Origin: an uncultured SAR86 cluster bacterium | Lineage (GTDB): Bacteria; Pseudomonadota; Gammaproteobacteria; Magnimaribacterales; D2472 | DNA: 64,000 nucleotides | Direction: 5' to 3' | Assembly (NCBI GenBank): GCA_905181595.1 | Contig: CAJIYI010000001.1 | Location: forward strand, 79,291-143,290 | Part shown: positions 1 through 7,654 of the stretch, in pieces | Numbering within the stretch: the first letter of the stretch is position 1 | How the letters are laid out: each line of letters starts with the position of its first letter | Position numbers and translations under genes: made by a program | The notes under the pieces: model-generated | What the model saw: only the letters and a program-made list of their open reading frames with translations | Database searches by the model: none | What the model was told of the DNA's origin: nothing

Positions 1-177
1 GGAATCGATTTTAAGGAAATTTCCGTAGACCTCAATTCAAAACTGAGAGCTGAGATGGCTGAAAAAGCTGGCAAGACATCTGTGCCCCAGATATGGTTTG
101 ACGAAGAGCATATTGGCGGTTGCGATGACCTGCACGCCTTAGACTCTGCAGGCACTTTATTGAATCGTCTCGCTTAA
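1..177 (+). CDS. grxC: glutaredoxin, C-terminal part (5' end lies outside the window)
   Basis: Open frame from base 1 to TAA at 175-177 translates to GIDFKEISVDLNSKLRAEMAEKAGKTSVPQIWFDEEHIGGCDDLHALDSAGTLLNRLA. The TSVPQIW...HIGGCDDL block is the conserved glutaredoxin C-terminal signature. It is absent from the ORF track because no start codon lies in the window. Its stop overlaps the convergent ntrC stop. Confidence 0.75.
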   Translation, partial: GIDFKEISVDLNSKLRAEMAEKAGKTSVPQIWFDEEHIGGCDDLHALDSAGTLLNRLA

Positions 178-1550
178 TCTTTTTGGGATTGAATCTTTTT
201 GGTCAGAGTATTTCTGCCTAAGCCCAATACTTTTGCTGCGTCTTGTTTTTTCCCGTTAGTTTTTTCTAATGCAAAATCTATCATTAATTTATCTAAAGTT
301 GGCTCAATTAACCCCAGCATATTCTCTGGGCTACTTTGATACACTTCACCAAGCCACTGAGAGAATCCAGTCTCCCAATTAGAGTGGTTATTTTGAGACA
401 ATAATTTTTCTTCAAGAATTTCTTTTGGCAGGTCTTCCAGCTTTACATTATCCGTTGGGGCCATAAGAGCAATCCAGTAGCAAGTATTTTCAAGCTGGCG
501 AACATTGCCAGGCCAGTCATATTGAGTGAGTGCCATGAGAGCTTCTTGAGAAAGAGATCTTGGAGTTTCCATTAAAGAGTCCGCATGACTTTTTAGAAAC
601 GCAGATGTTAAATCTTTGATGTCCTCTTTTCTCTCTCTAAGCGGAGGAACCTCAACTCGAATCACATTCAATCGATAATAAAGATCTTCTCTAAAAGTGC
701 CAGCAGCAACCAATGACTCTAAGCTCTGGTGAGTTGCAGCAAGTATTCGCACATCTACTTTGATTGGCTTGTCCCCACCTACACGAAAAAATTCTTTATT
801 AGACAGAACACGCAAAAGTCGCGTTTGTGTTTCTAAGGGCATGTCTCCAATCTCATCAAGAAAAAGGGTGCCACCATTTGCTTGCTCAAATCTTCCAATG
901 CGTTGTTCTACCGCTCCTGTAAATGCACCTTTTTCATGACCAAATAACTCTGATTCAATTAGTTCTTTTGGAATATCTGCCATATTGAGAGCAATAAATG
1001 GCATATCAAATCTTGGGCTATTTTTATGCAGAGATTTAGAAACTAGCTCTTTACCAGTACCAGACTCTCCTTGAATTAAAACAGTTGCATTGGTATTAGC
1101 GAGCTTTCCTATCGAACGAAAGACAACTTGCATAGATGGTGCTGAGCCAATAATTTCAGATTTAGAGATTTTTTTCTGGGCTGGTGACTTATTTTCTTCC
1201 AGAGCTCTGTTCACTATCTGAAGAGCTTCACTTAAATCGAATGGTTTTGGAATATATTCAAATGCACCTCCGCCATAAGCATCAATAGCAGCCTGCATAT
1301 CCGTGAATGCAGTCATAATAATCACAGGTATTTTTTCATGATTATTTTTAATATGCTTTAAAAGATCATAACCATGTATACCTGGCATTTTGATGTCTGA
1401 AATAATTAGATCGGGCTGATCTTCATTCAGCGCTTCGATCAAGGACTCACCGTTAGCAAAAGTTGTAATTGCTAACTCGCTGCTTTTTAAACCCTCCTCA
1501 AGAACCATGCGAATAGCTTCATCATCATCTGCGATCCAAATATTATGCAC
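174..1550 (-). CDS. ntrC: sigma-54-dependent nitrogen response regulator NtrC
   Basis: 458-aa ORF with a receiver domain (DDDEAIRMVLEE...DIKMPG), an AAA+ core with Walker A GESGTGKE and the GAFTGA loop (EKGAFTGA), and a C-terminal Fis-type HTH. The GTG start overlaps the ntrB stop by 8 nt. Confidence 0.92.
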   Translation of the reverse strand: MHNIWIADDDEAIRMVLEEGLKSSELAITTFANGESLIEALNEDQPDLIISDIKMPGIHGYDLLKHIKNNHEKIPVIIMTAFTDMQAAIDAYGGGAFEYIPKPFDLSEALQIVNRALEENKSPAQKKISKSEIIGSAPSMQVVFRSIGKLANTNATVLIQGESGTGKELVSKSLHKNSPRFDMPFIALNMADIPKELIESELFGHEKGAFTGAVEQRIGRFEQANGGTLFLDEIGDMPLETQTRLLRVLSNKEFFRVGGDKPIKVDVRILAATHQSLESLVAAGTFREDLYYRLNVIRVEVPPLRERKEDIKDLTSAFLKSHADSLMETPRSLSQEALMALTQYDWPGNVRQLENTCYWIALMAPTDNVKLEDLPKEILEEKLLSQNNHSNWETGFSQWLGEVYQSSPENMLGLIEPTLDKLMIDFALEKTNGKKQDAAKVLGLGRNTLTKKIQSQKD

Positions 1551-2628
1551 TTTGAGCCTTCTGAATATTGTTAGAGATAGGTATTAAGATAGAAAATATA
1601 GTTTGGTTATTTTTTCTATCAAAAGATATGGCGCCACCATGAATTCTTATAATATCTTGAGCGATTGATAGCCCAATTCCCGAGCCACTCTCTTTGCTAG
1701 AAACCATTGGAAAGAAAATTTGATCATGCAACTCAGAATCAATGCCAGGACCATTGTCACTGATCTCAATTTCAGCAAGAGTGGCGTGAATATTTCCATT
1801 GATTGGTTGTCGATATGTAATATGCGTTTTAATACCAAGTTGAGGAGTCTCTGAAAAATCAGAGCAAGCTTGCAAAGCATTTCGGACAATATTAATAACA
1901 GCCTGGATGAATAAGTTTTTATCCCCATAAATTTCTGGGATACTTGGATCATAATCTCTTTCGATATTTAAATTATCATTAGCCTCAGCATTAGTTAATG
2001 CCAAAACTCTCTGCAAAGTTTCATGAAGATTAAAATATGCAAAAGACGGTTTCTTAGCAGGAGTAAGAATCTTAGTAACAATTTCATTTAACCTATCAGT
2101 CTCATCTTCAATAATCTTCAAAAACTTTTTAGAGAAATCATCCGAATACTTAGATTTTAGAATCTGAGCACTTCCCTTGATCCCTGATAATGGATTCTTT
2201 ACCTCATGAGCTAAAGTTCTGGCTAAACCTGCTGCAATTTTTTGAGTTGAAAAGCTTCTTGTGGAGTCAATAATTTTATTAAGATTCTCTGTGCTTAACG
2301 CCTCTATGTAAATTAGATTTTTTTTATCAGCATAGCTAATTGTTAAATCTAGCGTTCTAACCTGACCAGTACTATCGCTAATTATAAAATCTCTTCGAGT
2401 GATGGCGCTTGCATTTTTTTTAGCTTGCAAAAGGATTTCTTTTATTTGATTCTCAGCTTCATCATCAATAAAGGAAAAAATATCTTTCAGTTCATGCGCA
2501 GAAGACTCGGGAATCCAATTCGCTGCTTTTGCCGAATCATTGAGCCAGATGACTGATAAATCCTTGGCATCAAGAATAATGACCTCAGTATTTAAGCCAT
2601 TAAGAGCTTCAAATTCTTGAGTATTCAT
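1543..2628 (-). CDS. ntrB: nitrogen regulation sensor histidine kinase NtrB
   Basis: 361-aa ORF with an H box (LAHEVKNPLSGIKG) and ATP-lid G boxes (DNGPGI, GSGIGLSIA). It sits between a glutamine synthetase gene and ntrC, as in glnA-ntrBC operons. Confidence 0.9.
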   Translation of the reverse strand: MNTQEFEALNGLNTEVIILDAKDLSVIWLNDSAKAANWIPESSAHELKDIFSFIDDEAENQIKEILLQAKKNASAITRRDFIISDSTGQVRTLDLTISYADKKNLIYIEALSTENLNKIIDSTRSFSTQKIAAGLARTLAHEVKNPLSGIKGSAQILKSKYSDDFSKKFLKIIEDETDRLNEIVTKILTPAKKPSFAYFNLHETLQRVLALTNAEANDNLNIERDYDPSIPEIYGDKNLFIQAVINIVRNALQACSDFSETPQLGIKTHITYRQPINGNIHATLAEIEISDNGPGIDSELHDQIFFPMVSSKESGSGIGLSIAQDIIRIHGGAISFDRKNNQTIFSILIPISNNIQKAQSA

Positions 2629-2642
2629 ATTTTTGAGGTATT

Positions 2643-2673
2643 AAAAAAAATAGCCCCCTATATAAGGAGGCTA
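2643..2673 (-). terminator. rho-independent terminator/attenuator between glnII and ntrB
   Basis: Hairpin tagccccc/ggaggcta (2651-2673, 7 of 8 bp paired around a short loop). On the minus strand it is followed by an 8-T run (2643-2650), about 40 nt after the glnII stop. Confidence 0.6.
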
Positions 2674-2711
2674 TTTTAAAATTTCTAATTCGCATTACGC
2701 GGGGTCAGATA

Positions 2712-3692
2712 CTATTTAGTAAGAGTGCCGACTAAATGAGTAAGAATTTTATATGGATCAGCATTAGAGGCTGGTCTTCTATCTTCAAGATAACCATTCC
2801 AGTTATGCTCAACAGTATAAATAGGAATCCTTATACTCGCGCCTCTGTCACTTACTCCATATGAGAATTGATCAATGCTTTGAGTTTCATGAAGGCCAGT
2901 TAACCTCATGTCATTATCAGAACCATATGATGCTATGCCTTCGGCATGAACTTTACCAAGTTTTTCGCACATTGAAGAAAACAGTTCTTCCGTTCCATTC
3001 GATCTCATTTCCTCATTAGAAAAATTGGTGTGCATGCCTGAACCATTCCAGTCACCAGTTTTTGGTTTTGGATGGATATTGACACCAACTCCAAATTCTT
3101 CAGCTATTTTATAAAGTAAATATCTACTTACCCATAAATCATCCGCAGCTTTAATTCCTTTTCCAAGACACTGATACTCCCATTGACCAAGAGCAACCTC
3201 AGCATTTGTTCCAGTTAAGGTAATGCCCATATCAAGACATGCTTGCAGGTGAATGTCCGAAATTTCTCTGCCTACAACATTGCCTGCACCAACTCCACAG
3301 TAATAGTCACCTTGTGCTTTTGGTTCTCCATTTTCCCAGCCTAAAGGATCTCCAGTTTCTGGATCTGTAAAAAAGAACTCTTGTTCAAATCCAAACCACC
3401 ATTCATCAGTTACTAGCTTCTCAGCTTCTGCTCTGAAATTAGATGGGTGAGTAGTATGATCTGCAGACTGAACCTGAGTCATTACTAGGTCATGTCCATT
3501 AGGATTTTCATAAGTTTCAACAGGAATAAGAAGACAATCAGAGCTTCCACCTTCAGCTTGTTGTGTTGAAGACCCGTCAAAAGACCAATCCGGTGCAGTA
3601 CTTGCATCTGTAGCCTTGACCTTACTTCGCATTGAAGGCTCAGGTTGATAGCCATCTAACCAAATATATTCATAAGTTTTATAATCTGCCAT
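2712..3692 (-). CDS. glnII: glutamine synthetase, type II (eukaryote-like GSII)
   Basis: 326-aa ORF with YIWLDG, DWSFDGSSTQQAEGGSSDC, WFGFEQEFF, NAEVALGQWEYQ, DWNGSGMHTNFS, RLTGLHET, VSDRGASIRIP and YLEDRRPASNADPY. These blocks are colinear with rhizobial GlnII and plant GS. The ORF is about 140 aa shorter than GSI. A strong GAGGAG Shine-Dalgarno lies at 3699-3704. Confidence 0.9.
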   Translation of the reverse strand: MADYKTYEYIWLDGYQPEPSMRSKVKATDASTAPDWSFDGSSTQQAEGGSSDCLLIPVETYENPNGHDLVMTQVQSADHTTHPSNFRAEAEKLVTDEWWFGFEQEFFFTDPETGDPLGWENGEPKAQGDYYCGVGAGNVVGREISDIHLQACLDMGITLTGTNAEVALGQWEYQCLGKGIKAADDLWVSRYLLYKIAEEFGVGVNIHPKPKTGDWNGSGMHTNFSNEEMRSNGTEELFSSMCEKLGKVHAEGIASYGSDNDMRLTGLHETQSIDQFSYGVSDRGASIRIPIYTVEHNWNGYLEDRRPASNADPYKILTHLVGTLTK

Positions 3693-3733
3693 ACATTTCT
3701 CCTCAAGTTTATTTATGTAGCATTATTATAATA

Positions 3734-3749
3734 TGCAATTTTAATGCCA
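3734..3749 (-). promoter_or_regulatory. sigma-54 (-24/-12) promoter of glnII
   Basis: The minus-strand sequence TGGCAT-TAAAA-TTGCA fits the consensus TGGCAC-N5-TTGCW with exact spacing. It lies about 42 nt upstream of the glnII ATG, and NtrC is encoded in the same operon. Confidence 0.75.
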
Positions 3750-3756
3750 ATATATT

Positions 3757-3773
3757 TGCCCAATATATGTGCA
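3757..3773. promoter_or_regulatory. candidate proximal NtrC-binding site (imperfect)
   Basis: TGCCC-AATATAT-GTGCA is 17 bp with the same 5+7+5 geometry as the enteric NtrC consensus TGCACC-N5-GGTGCA, with one mismatch in the left half. Confidence 0.4.
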
Positions 3774-3807
3774 ATAATTGTTTTATTATAGGGCAAAAAT
3801 ATTATAT

Positions 3808-3824
3808 TGCACTTAATTAGTGCA
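3808..3824. promoter_or_regulatory. candidate distal NtrC-binding site (perfect dyad)
   Basis: TGCAC-TTAATTA-GTGCA has perfect 5-bp inverted half-sites spaced 7 nt apart (17 bp), matching the NtrC consensus geometry. It is centred about 93 nt upstream of the inferred transcription start. Confidence 0.55.
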
Positions 3825-4034
3825 TATAAAGAAATATTTTGATTTTGGAGAAATGAGTTTCAAGGTTTTCAAATGAATGATTCCCTCCAAATGTTACATC
3901 CAGCACTGCACCCTGATAAAAATTAGTGTATATCAAGAAATATTTTGATCTTGGAGAAATGGGTTTCAAGGTTTTCAAATGAATGGTTCCCTCCAAATGT
4001 TACATCCAGCACTGCACCCTGATAAAAATTAGTG
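3817..4034. repeat. 106-bp tandem direct duplication (2 full copies plus a 6-nt third start) covering the 3' end of yqiA
   Basis: Copy 1 (3817-3922) and copy 2 (3923-4028) differ at 5 of 106 positions, all in the left 64 nt. TTAGTG recurs at 4029-4034. Copy 2 encodes the real C-terminus and stop of yqiA; copy 1 is a post-stop relic. Confidence 0.95.
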
Positions 4035-4498
4035 GCAACCCTATAATCTAACTTCTCATCATGTGACTGCAATAAGATCATAAAATTCCTAGGGCATTTA
4101 ATTACTTTTATCTCTCTTCCCATTCTGTCTAATAGATCTAACTGTTCCTGGTTTATTAAAAATTTTTCGCCAGTTGAGTAATTCTTATTCTCTCCAAGAT
4201 ATTCAGACATTTCCGCCGGAGGAATTACGGCAGGATTAATTCCCACACACTTTAAATTATATTGTTCAGAAAAATATGTTGCATAGAATCCACCAAGCGA
4301 ACTTCCAATTAATGCAGAAGGTGAGAATTCTTCAATGAGCTTATCGATTTGCTGGACGGCATCAACAATATTATTTTCGATGTCGGGAATAATGATTTCT
4401 GTTTTTGAATAATTTTCGAGTATGTATTTTTTTAGCTGAAGAGCTTTTGTTGAATTTGCAGATGATGCAAAGCCATGAAGATATATAATTTTAGCCAT
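3923..4498 (-). CDS. yqiA: YqiA-like alpha/beta-hydrolase esterase
   Basis: 191-aa ORF with YLHGFASS near the N-terminus and the nucleophile elbow GSSLGG. Length and order (yqiB then yqiA) match E. coli. Confidence 0.8.
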   Translation of the reverse strand: MAKIIYLHGFASSANSTKALQLKKYILENYSKTEIIIPDIENNIVDAVQQIDKLIEEFSPSALIGSSLGGFYATYFSEQYNLKCVGINPAVIPPAEMSEYLGENKNYSTGEKFLINQEQLDLLDRMGREIKVIKCPRNFMILLQSHDEKLDYRVATNFYQGAVLDVTFGGNHSFENLETHFSKIKIFLDIH

Positions 4499-4922
4499 TC
4501 AAAAAATCTATTTCTTTTTTTTCAATTGCCCCGTGAATAAAAATATTTTCTAGCCATTCAGTTAGAATTTTATTCTGCTGAAATTTCTCATCTTCTGATT
4601 GAGAGAAGGGCGACCTTATAAAAAATGGAACAGGTTGTTCTTGCTGATATGAAATAACTTCTGCGAGATTTGCATCAACATAAATATTAATTCTTAGTAG
4701 AATCTCAATAAGGGCTGAGTCTTCACTTAGTAGTTTTGCCTCTACCGAAAGTGTATGAGGCGTTCTTGAGATAATTAAAAATTCTGCCTTATTTTGCTTT
4801 CCGGAATATAAAAGATCAAATGAGTATTTATCTTTATTGAATCCAGATAATATTTTATTCAGCCTAGAATAGTTAGCTGAGCATGTGGATAAATGATTGC
4901 TAGTTTTAAGAGTTTTATTCAT
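4491..4922 (-). CDS. yqiB: DUF1249 family protein (YqiB-like)
   Basis: 143-aa ORF whose CSANYSRLNKIL, IYVDANLAEVISYQ and EDEKFQQNKILTEWL blocks parallel E. coli YqiB as I recall it. It overlaps the yqiA start by 8 nt. Confidence 0.7.
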   Translation of the reverse strand: MNKTLKTSNHLSTCSANYSRLNKILSGFNKDKYSFDLLYSGKQNKAEFLIISRTPHTLSVEAKLLSEDSALIEILLRINIYVDANLAEVISYQQEQPVPFFIRSPFSQSEDEKFQQNKILTEWLENIFIHGAIEKKEIDFLNG

Positions 4923-4925
4923 TTA

Positions 4926-6056
4926 TTAAATCTTATAATCTTTATTAAAAGGTGTATAGGACTTGCAGGCCTCAATATAATTTTCAATTTGTTTTTTTTC
5001 TGATTTACAGAAATTGCTGACGGCATCACCAAAATCATCTTTTAAAAAATAATGAAACGAGGAATCTATTTTAGGTTGAAAACCTCGCCTGATTTTGTGC
5101 TCCCCCTGAACACCAGGATCAAAATACTTTATGTCATTTTCAATACAGTACTCAATGCCCTGATAGTAGCAGCATTCAAAATGAAGATTCTTGACCTTTC
5201 GCAAAGCCCCCCAGTGTCGGCCATATAGTGTGTCTTTCCCTGCAAAGCATAGAGAAGCTGCTATCACCTCATCTTTATGATATGCAAAAAATATTACAGG
5301 CTTAAGTATATGATTTGCGGTATTAATATTATAAAAAAATTCTTTAGTTAAATAGGGATTTTGTCCTCTTTCAAAGTAAGTTTGCCTATAAAAATTATAA
5401 AAAATATCCCAATCATTATTGTTTATCTCATCAAAATTCTTACTTGCAAATTGGATATCAGCATTTTTAATGCTTTTTCGTTCCTTGCGAATTGTAGCTC
5501 TTTGTCGAGAGGTAAAAATCGCAAGGAACTCATCGAAATCTTTAAAGCTATTGTTGTGCCAGACAAATCGATAATTAAATCGTTCAATAAAATTTTGATC
5601 TCTTAGAATTTTTTTCCCCACAGAGTTGGGAAATAATATGTGCCAACTTTCTATTTCTTCTGCTTTTAACAGCTCAATGCAAGAATCGATGAGCTGAATT
5701 TTTTTCTCATCATTTGGAGCTAAAATTCTTTCTCCTTCGCATGGAGTAAATGGTATTGCTGTTAAAAATTTTGGGTAGTAATCTCTTCCTGTTTGCTGGA
5801 GTGCATTCGCCCATTGTTGATCAAAAATAAATTCTCCATAGCTATTCAACTTTTTATACAAAGGTAAAAAGCTATTTAATTTTCCATTTTCTAATTCTCC
5901 CAAGTGATTCGGGATCCATCCAGTTTTTTCTGAAGCTGAATCACTTACTTCCATGGCTTGAAAGTATTCAAGATTCTCGAATGGATTACTTGAAGAAAAT
6001 GAAATTTGCATATCATCCAAGTTTTGTAAATTAACTTTTTGAATTTTTGGATTCAT
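4926..6056 (-). CDS. GNAT/FemAB-like N-acetyltransferase family protein (DUF482)
   Basis: The ORF track gives 4926..6116. I trim the start to the ATG at 6056 (MNPKIQKV...) because the longer form overlaps ubiA. The N-terminal NPFENLEYFQAMEVS...TGWIPNHL block resembles the DUF482 family signature, and the length (about 376 aa) fits. Confidence 0.65.
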   Translation of the reverse strand: MNPKIQKVNLQNLDDMQISFSSSNPFENLEYFQAMEVSDSASEKTGWIPNHLGELENGKLNSFLPLYKKLNSYGEFIFDQQWANALQQTGRDYYPKFLTAIPFTPCEGERILAPNDEKKIQLIDSCIELLKAEEIESWHILFPNSVGKKILRDQNFIERFNYRFVWHNNSFKDFDEFLAIFTSRQRATIRKERKSIKNADIQFASKNFDEINNNDWDIFYNFYRQTYFERGQNPYLTKEFFYNINTANHILKPVIFFAYHKDEVIAASLCFAGKDTLYGRHWGALRKVKNLHFECCYYQGIEYCIENDIKYFDPGVQGEHKIRRGFQPKIDSSFHYFLKDDFGDAVSNFCKSEKKQIENYIEACKSYTPFNKDYKI

Positions 6057-6064
6057 CTCGATGA

Positions 6065-6905
6065 CTAAGCAACATAGCAAAGAATTGCTGTTATAAGAAT
6101 TAATAGATTGGCCCAATGATTATTTTTAAATGCTTCTAGATATTTTTTCTCGCTTGCAAGTTTTTGCTGATAAAGAAAAAAACCTCCCAGCATAATTAAA
6201 CTTGCGAACCAAATTAACTCTAATGAATCGATGAGACCAATCGTACCTAAAAATAAAATTGAGCAGATCTGGAAACAAGCAATAATTCTTAGTGTGTTAT
6301 TGCCCCACCATATTGGAGTTGAGTTTATTTTTAAATCACGATCATCTTCCTCATCACACAATCCATAAAATGAATCAAAGGCAATTGTCTGTGATGCAAT
6401 TGCAAAAAATAAATATCCCATTGTTGGGTTGCTCAATTCCTCGGTCATGGCGTAAACAATTACCGTTGGATTGAATGTGATTCCCAGAAATAATTGTGGC
6501 CCAATAAAAAATCTCTTAGTGAGAGGGTAAATCACAATCAAAATTGCAAATAGAATGCTGACCAGCATCGTATTAATATTTGTTAATGTTAGTAGATAGA
6601 TACTTAATGCTCCAAGACATATAAAAAGTAGCCATGCTTCTGTTAAGGAGACTCTTTTGCTCGGAATTGGCCTAAATTTAGTTCTTTCTACGTTTCCATC
6701 AATATCTTTGTCCCATATGTCGTTAATAACACAGCCTGCAGAGCGAACCAGGATGCTGCCGATGATTACTATGCCTAGTTGCAGCAATGTAAAGTTGCCT
6801 TGAGTGCTAACAATTAATGTTAGATAGCGCTGGCCACAGTAAAAGATATATCCCAATGGGTTTATCTATTCTCATGAGCTCAATGGCTGCTGTAATTTTT
6901 TGCAT
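6065..6905 (-). pseudogene. ubiA: 4-hydroxybenzoate polyprenyltransferase UbiA, reading frame broken by one surplus base near 6824 (sequencing artefact not excluded)
   Basis: The track ORF 6065..6856 carries the NDIWDKDID prenyltransferase motif but lacks the N-terminus. The missing part, MQKITAAIELMRIDKPIGIYLLLWPAL, is encoded from the ATG at 6905 in the -1 neighbouring frame, 4 nt after the ubiC stop, and ends at a TAG at 6807-6809. The total span is 841 nt, which is 3n+1. Confidence 0.85.
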
Positions 6906-6909
6906 AACG

Positions 6910-7395
6910 CTACAAGAATACCTCCATAATGCTAAATGGATATTCATTGACTAAATAATTTGTTCTTCTGCCCCAAACAGCGTCTTTTTTATTAAATGTA
7001 AATTTTGCAAATTTACAACTCTGTTTAATAAAGAGTTCACTTTGAAATATCAATTCTCCAAGGGGTTTGCCTCCTATGGCTCCAAGTTCAGGGTAACCAT
7101 AACGCGATGTAAGAAATGGAATAACGCTTTTTGCAAATACAACTGCTTTGTTATCTTTAAATAGCCTTACCTCTCTCACTCTAATTGGTTGGGGAAAAAC
7201 ATTAATTGCTCGATAGTCATCCAGGCTTGCTAATCGAATTCTATCTTGAAGAACCTCTAGCTTAAAAGCTCCATCTGCTGAAATTTTTTGAGTAATGGAT
7301 CCATCCTCAAGTAGCCATTGCAGAATGCTCTGATCATTTAAATGTATTTTTAATTCTGACTCAGAGAGCCATTTACTGATTCTTTTCGCATGCAT
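6910..7395 (-). CDS. ubiC: chorismate pyruvate-lyase
   Basis: 161-aa ORF immediately upstream of ubiA (ubiCA arrangement). Its size and the central VREVRL...AKSVIP block are typical of UbiC. Confidence 0.75.
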   Translation of the reverse strand: MHAKRISKWLSESELKIHLNDQSILQWLLEDGSITQKISADGAFKLEVLQDRIRLASLDDYRAINVFPQPIRVREVRLFKDNKAVVFAKSVIPFLTSRYGYPELGAIGGKPLGELIFQSELFIKQSCKFAKFTFNKKDAVWGRRTNYLVNEYPFSIMEVFL

Positions 7396-7483
7396 GAATT
7401 AGATCTCTAAAATCTGATATTATAACTTGCTTAAATTTTCATTAACGTGACTTTTTAGTCCATTTAAAAAACTGAGAAAAAAT

Positions 7484-7654
7484 ATGGAATATAAAAAATG
7501 GGAATGCATCGTTTGCGGTTTAATATATGACGAAGAGTTGGGATGGCCAGATGATGGCATAGCCCCAGGTACAGCTTGGGATGATGTTCCGGATGATTGG
7601 TTGTGCCCTGATTGTGGAGTTGGTAAAGAAGATTTTGAAATGACTGAAATATAA
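7484..7654 (+). CDS. rubA: rubredoxin (56 aa; below the ORF-track length cutoff)
   Basis: ATG at 7484 to TAA at 7652-7654 translates to [56 protein letters not shown]. This has the two CxxCG iron knuckles and the conserved aromatic core of rubredoxins. Confidence 0.92.
   Translation: MEYKKWECIVCGLIYDEELGWPDDGIAPGTAWDDVPDDWLCPDCGVGKEDFEMTEI

Noticed and set aside
3817-4034. The 106-bp direct repeats as a CRISPR array, or as attL/attR of an integrated element.
   Set aside because: There are only two adjacent copies with no spacer between them, so nothing is integrated. The repeat is simply the duplicated 3' end of yqiA, and no cas or integrase genes are present.
6057-6116. N-terminal extensions offered by the ORF track: 6057-6116 on the DUF482 gene, 30573-30611 on apaH, 51090-51110 on dnaG, 26204-26239 on folB, 39756-39851 on DUF192, and 18586-18603 on ridA.
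   Set aside because: Each extension overlaps the upstream gene, uses a non-ATG or poorly placed start, or adds residues absent from the family N-terminus. Internal ATGs give canonical N-termini and operon-style junctions.
6815-6830. Programmed +1 ribosomal frameshifting as the explanation for the five frame breaks (here and at 19373, 44793, 63184 and 63230).
   Set aside because: The five sites share no slippery or rare-codon motif that I can see, and there is no obvious stimulatory Shine-Dalgarno-like element upstream or structure downstream. Consensus insertion errors or genuine lesions are simpler explanations. The idea is kept only as a remote option in the global finding.
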